From Myxococcota bacterium (lineage in GTDB: Bacteria > Myxococcota_A > Bradymonadia > UBA7976 > UBA1532): a stretch of DNA of 15,546 nt. A program made the translations under genes and the position numbers. A model generated the notes under the pieces. It was not told the origin of the DNA. It saw only the letters and a list, made by a program, of their open reading frames with translations, and searched no databases. Positions 14,100 through 15,546 of the stretch are shown in pieces. Where the stretch lies: positions 1-15,546 of the forward strand of contig JAYZEG010000073.1 in assembly GCA_036337435.1 (NCBI GenBank). The letters are read 5' to 3'. The first letter of the stretch is position 1; every line of letters begins with the position of its first letter.

Positions 14100-15542
14100 A
14101 TGGCCATCGTGCTCCATCGCGTCCTCTCTGCCGTTATGACAATCGGTCTCCTGGTTGCATGCGTAGACACCGACAACCAGTTGCAAACCGCCATTGTCGA
14201 CTCCGGACAAATGCACGTCTCAGATACAGGCATTGATGGGGGCTTTGAATCCGACGCCAGTGCACCGACGGTCGCCCTCGCAACCCCTGAGTATTGTGGT
14301 TCGTGTCATCAGCAGCACTTTGAGCAATGGCGCACAAGCATGCATGCAAACTCGGTGAAGGACCCGATTTTTAGAGCATTAAATAAAAAGGGCATTGAAG
14401 AGACAGACGGTCGACTCGATCAATTTTGCGTTCAATGCCACGCGCCCAATGCGTCGTTGAGGGGGATACTGCCCGTCATCGAGCGGGATGGACGATTCGA
14501 AATGCCTTTGGACCTGTCGAATCCACTCATTGGTCATGGAGTACAATGTACCTCGTGCCATAGCATGGCGAGGGTGGACGCCACCCAAAACGCAAAAATT
14601 GAACTCTCAGACACAACCTATTACGGGGTATCATCGAGTGAGAGTGCAACTCGCGCCCATCCGATTGAACCGTCGGCACTCTTCTCAGATCCCCTGCAGA
14701 AAAATATGCTGTGTGGAAGCTGTCATGATTTTGTCAATCCAAATGGAGTGAGACTCGATTCGACGTTTAGCACCTGGTATTCAAACTCGTATAACGACGT
14801 ATCTAACCCTGAACGCCACAGAACATGCCAAGATTGTCACATGCCTGAGTACGAGGGGCCAATCACTAAAGATGGAGAAACTCGGACTTTGCATAGCCAC
14901 CATTTTCTTGGCGTCTATCAAGCACTTCAAGCTGACTTTCCCGGAAAGGAACACCAAGCGCGGATCGCGCGCGACCTGCTCAGCGACTGTGCCCTCCTCG
15001 AGGTGCGATACAATGGAATTGATGAGCTCGGGAACGCTGTGGTCATCGTGTCAGTCGAAAATATAAATAACGGTCATCAATTGCCCGCAGGCTCAACGGC
15101 GGACACGCAGGTTTGGGTTCACTTACAAATCTTCGATGGCAACGACAACTTGGTTTTTGAGTCGGGTATGACTGACGAAAATGGCGACCTGATGGATGGC
15201 GTCCGCGGTCATAGTCTCGATCCCGATGGTGACCCCGAACTCATGCTCTTTGGTCAATTCATCTACGGACAAGACGGCGGCCACGTCAACTTCCCCTGGC
15301 AAGCCCATAGTTTCACCGACAATGTCATCGGCCCCGGGCAGCGAAAATGGCGAGATTTCGCCATACCAGCGCAGCAGATTAACACAAACCAATTCCGAGT
15401 ACTTGCAACCTTGAACTACAGAACATTCCCTCCGTTCTTAATTCGAGACCTGGTCGATGGAGGCTACCTGGACCCTCAAGATATCTCACCGGTCCCTACC
15501 ATTGAAATGGAACGCACTGAGGCGCTGTTTCCGTTGCAGTAG
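14100..15542 (+). CDS. Pentaheme c-type cytochrome lipoprotein (cytochrome c554/c552-like N-terminal domain plus C-terminal beta-sandwich domain)
   Basis: Five CxxCH motifs at 14295 (CGSCH), 14427 (CVQCH), 14547 (CTSCH), 14712 (CGSCH) and 14826 (CQDCH). Also W..SMHA, HSH.F.G and NGHQLPAGS motifs, and lipobox LVA-C. TAG at 15540-15542. The start could be GTG 14109 (AAGGGT 9 nt upstream). Confidence 0.9.
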   Translation: MAIVLHRVLSAVMTIGLLVACVDTDNQLQTAIVDSGQMHVSDTGIDGGFESDASAPTVALATPEYCGSCHQQHFEQWRTSMHANSVKDPIFRALNKKGIEETDGRLDQFCVQCHAPNASLRGILPVIERDGRFEMPLDLSNPLIGHGVQCTSCHSMARVDATQNAKIELSDTTYYGVSSSESATRAHPIEPSALFSDPLQKNMLCGSCHDFVNPNGVRLDSTFSTWYSNSYNDVSNPERHRTCQDCHMPEYEGPITKDGETRTLHSHHFLGVYQALQADFPGKEHQARIARDLLSDCALLEVRYNGIDELGNAVVIVSVENINNGHQLPAGSTADTQVWVHLQIFDGNDNLVFESGMTDENGDLMDGVRGHSLDPDGDPELMLFGQFIYGQDGGHVNFPWQAHSFTDNVIGPGQRKWRDFAIPAQQINTNQFRVLATLNYRTFPPFLIRDLVDGGYLDPQDISPVPTIEMERTEALFPLQ

Positions 15543-15546
15543 CGGG

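Noticed and set aside
1..15546. CRISPR arrays, tRNA/rRNA genes, IS elements, prophage genes
   Set aside because: No regularly spaced repeats, cloverleaf motifs, transposase or integrase ORFs, or terminal inverted repeats were seen by eye. The remaining short ORFs in the track overlap well-supported genes.

Overview
Bacterial DNA of roughly 54% GC by eye, using genetic code 11 (TGA is a normal stop here). Gene content suggests a Myxococcota/Bradymonadales-like deltaproteobacterium, which is an inference. The left 4.9 kb is a minus-strand cluster: CotH-family kinase lipoprotein, VTC-domain polyphosphate polymerase, DUF4956 membrane protein, then an HlyD-type membrane-fusion protein (MFP). The last three are translationally coupled by ATGA overlaps. 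The MFP reading frame does not end at the TGA at 569-571. It continues in frame for 189 more codons through the MFP beta-barrel and a Pro-rich linker into a beta-propeller-like domain (EISG / ISDD / DLEA motifs) that runs off the window edge. The remaining genes are an orphan miniature MotA/PomA-like protein, a Ser/Thr kinase-PEGA-FGE/SUMF1 fusion, a lipoprotein with tandem Tudor/SH3-like repeats, a second CotH lipoprotein (canonical motifs, C-terminal FN3), the deaD/csdA RNA helicase and a pentaheme c-type cytochrome lipoprotein. The best candidate for an undescribed system is a VTC/DUF4956/MFP polyphosphate synthesis-and-export module linked to extracytoplasmic CotH kinases. No RNA genes, CRISPR arrays or mobile elements were seen.
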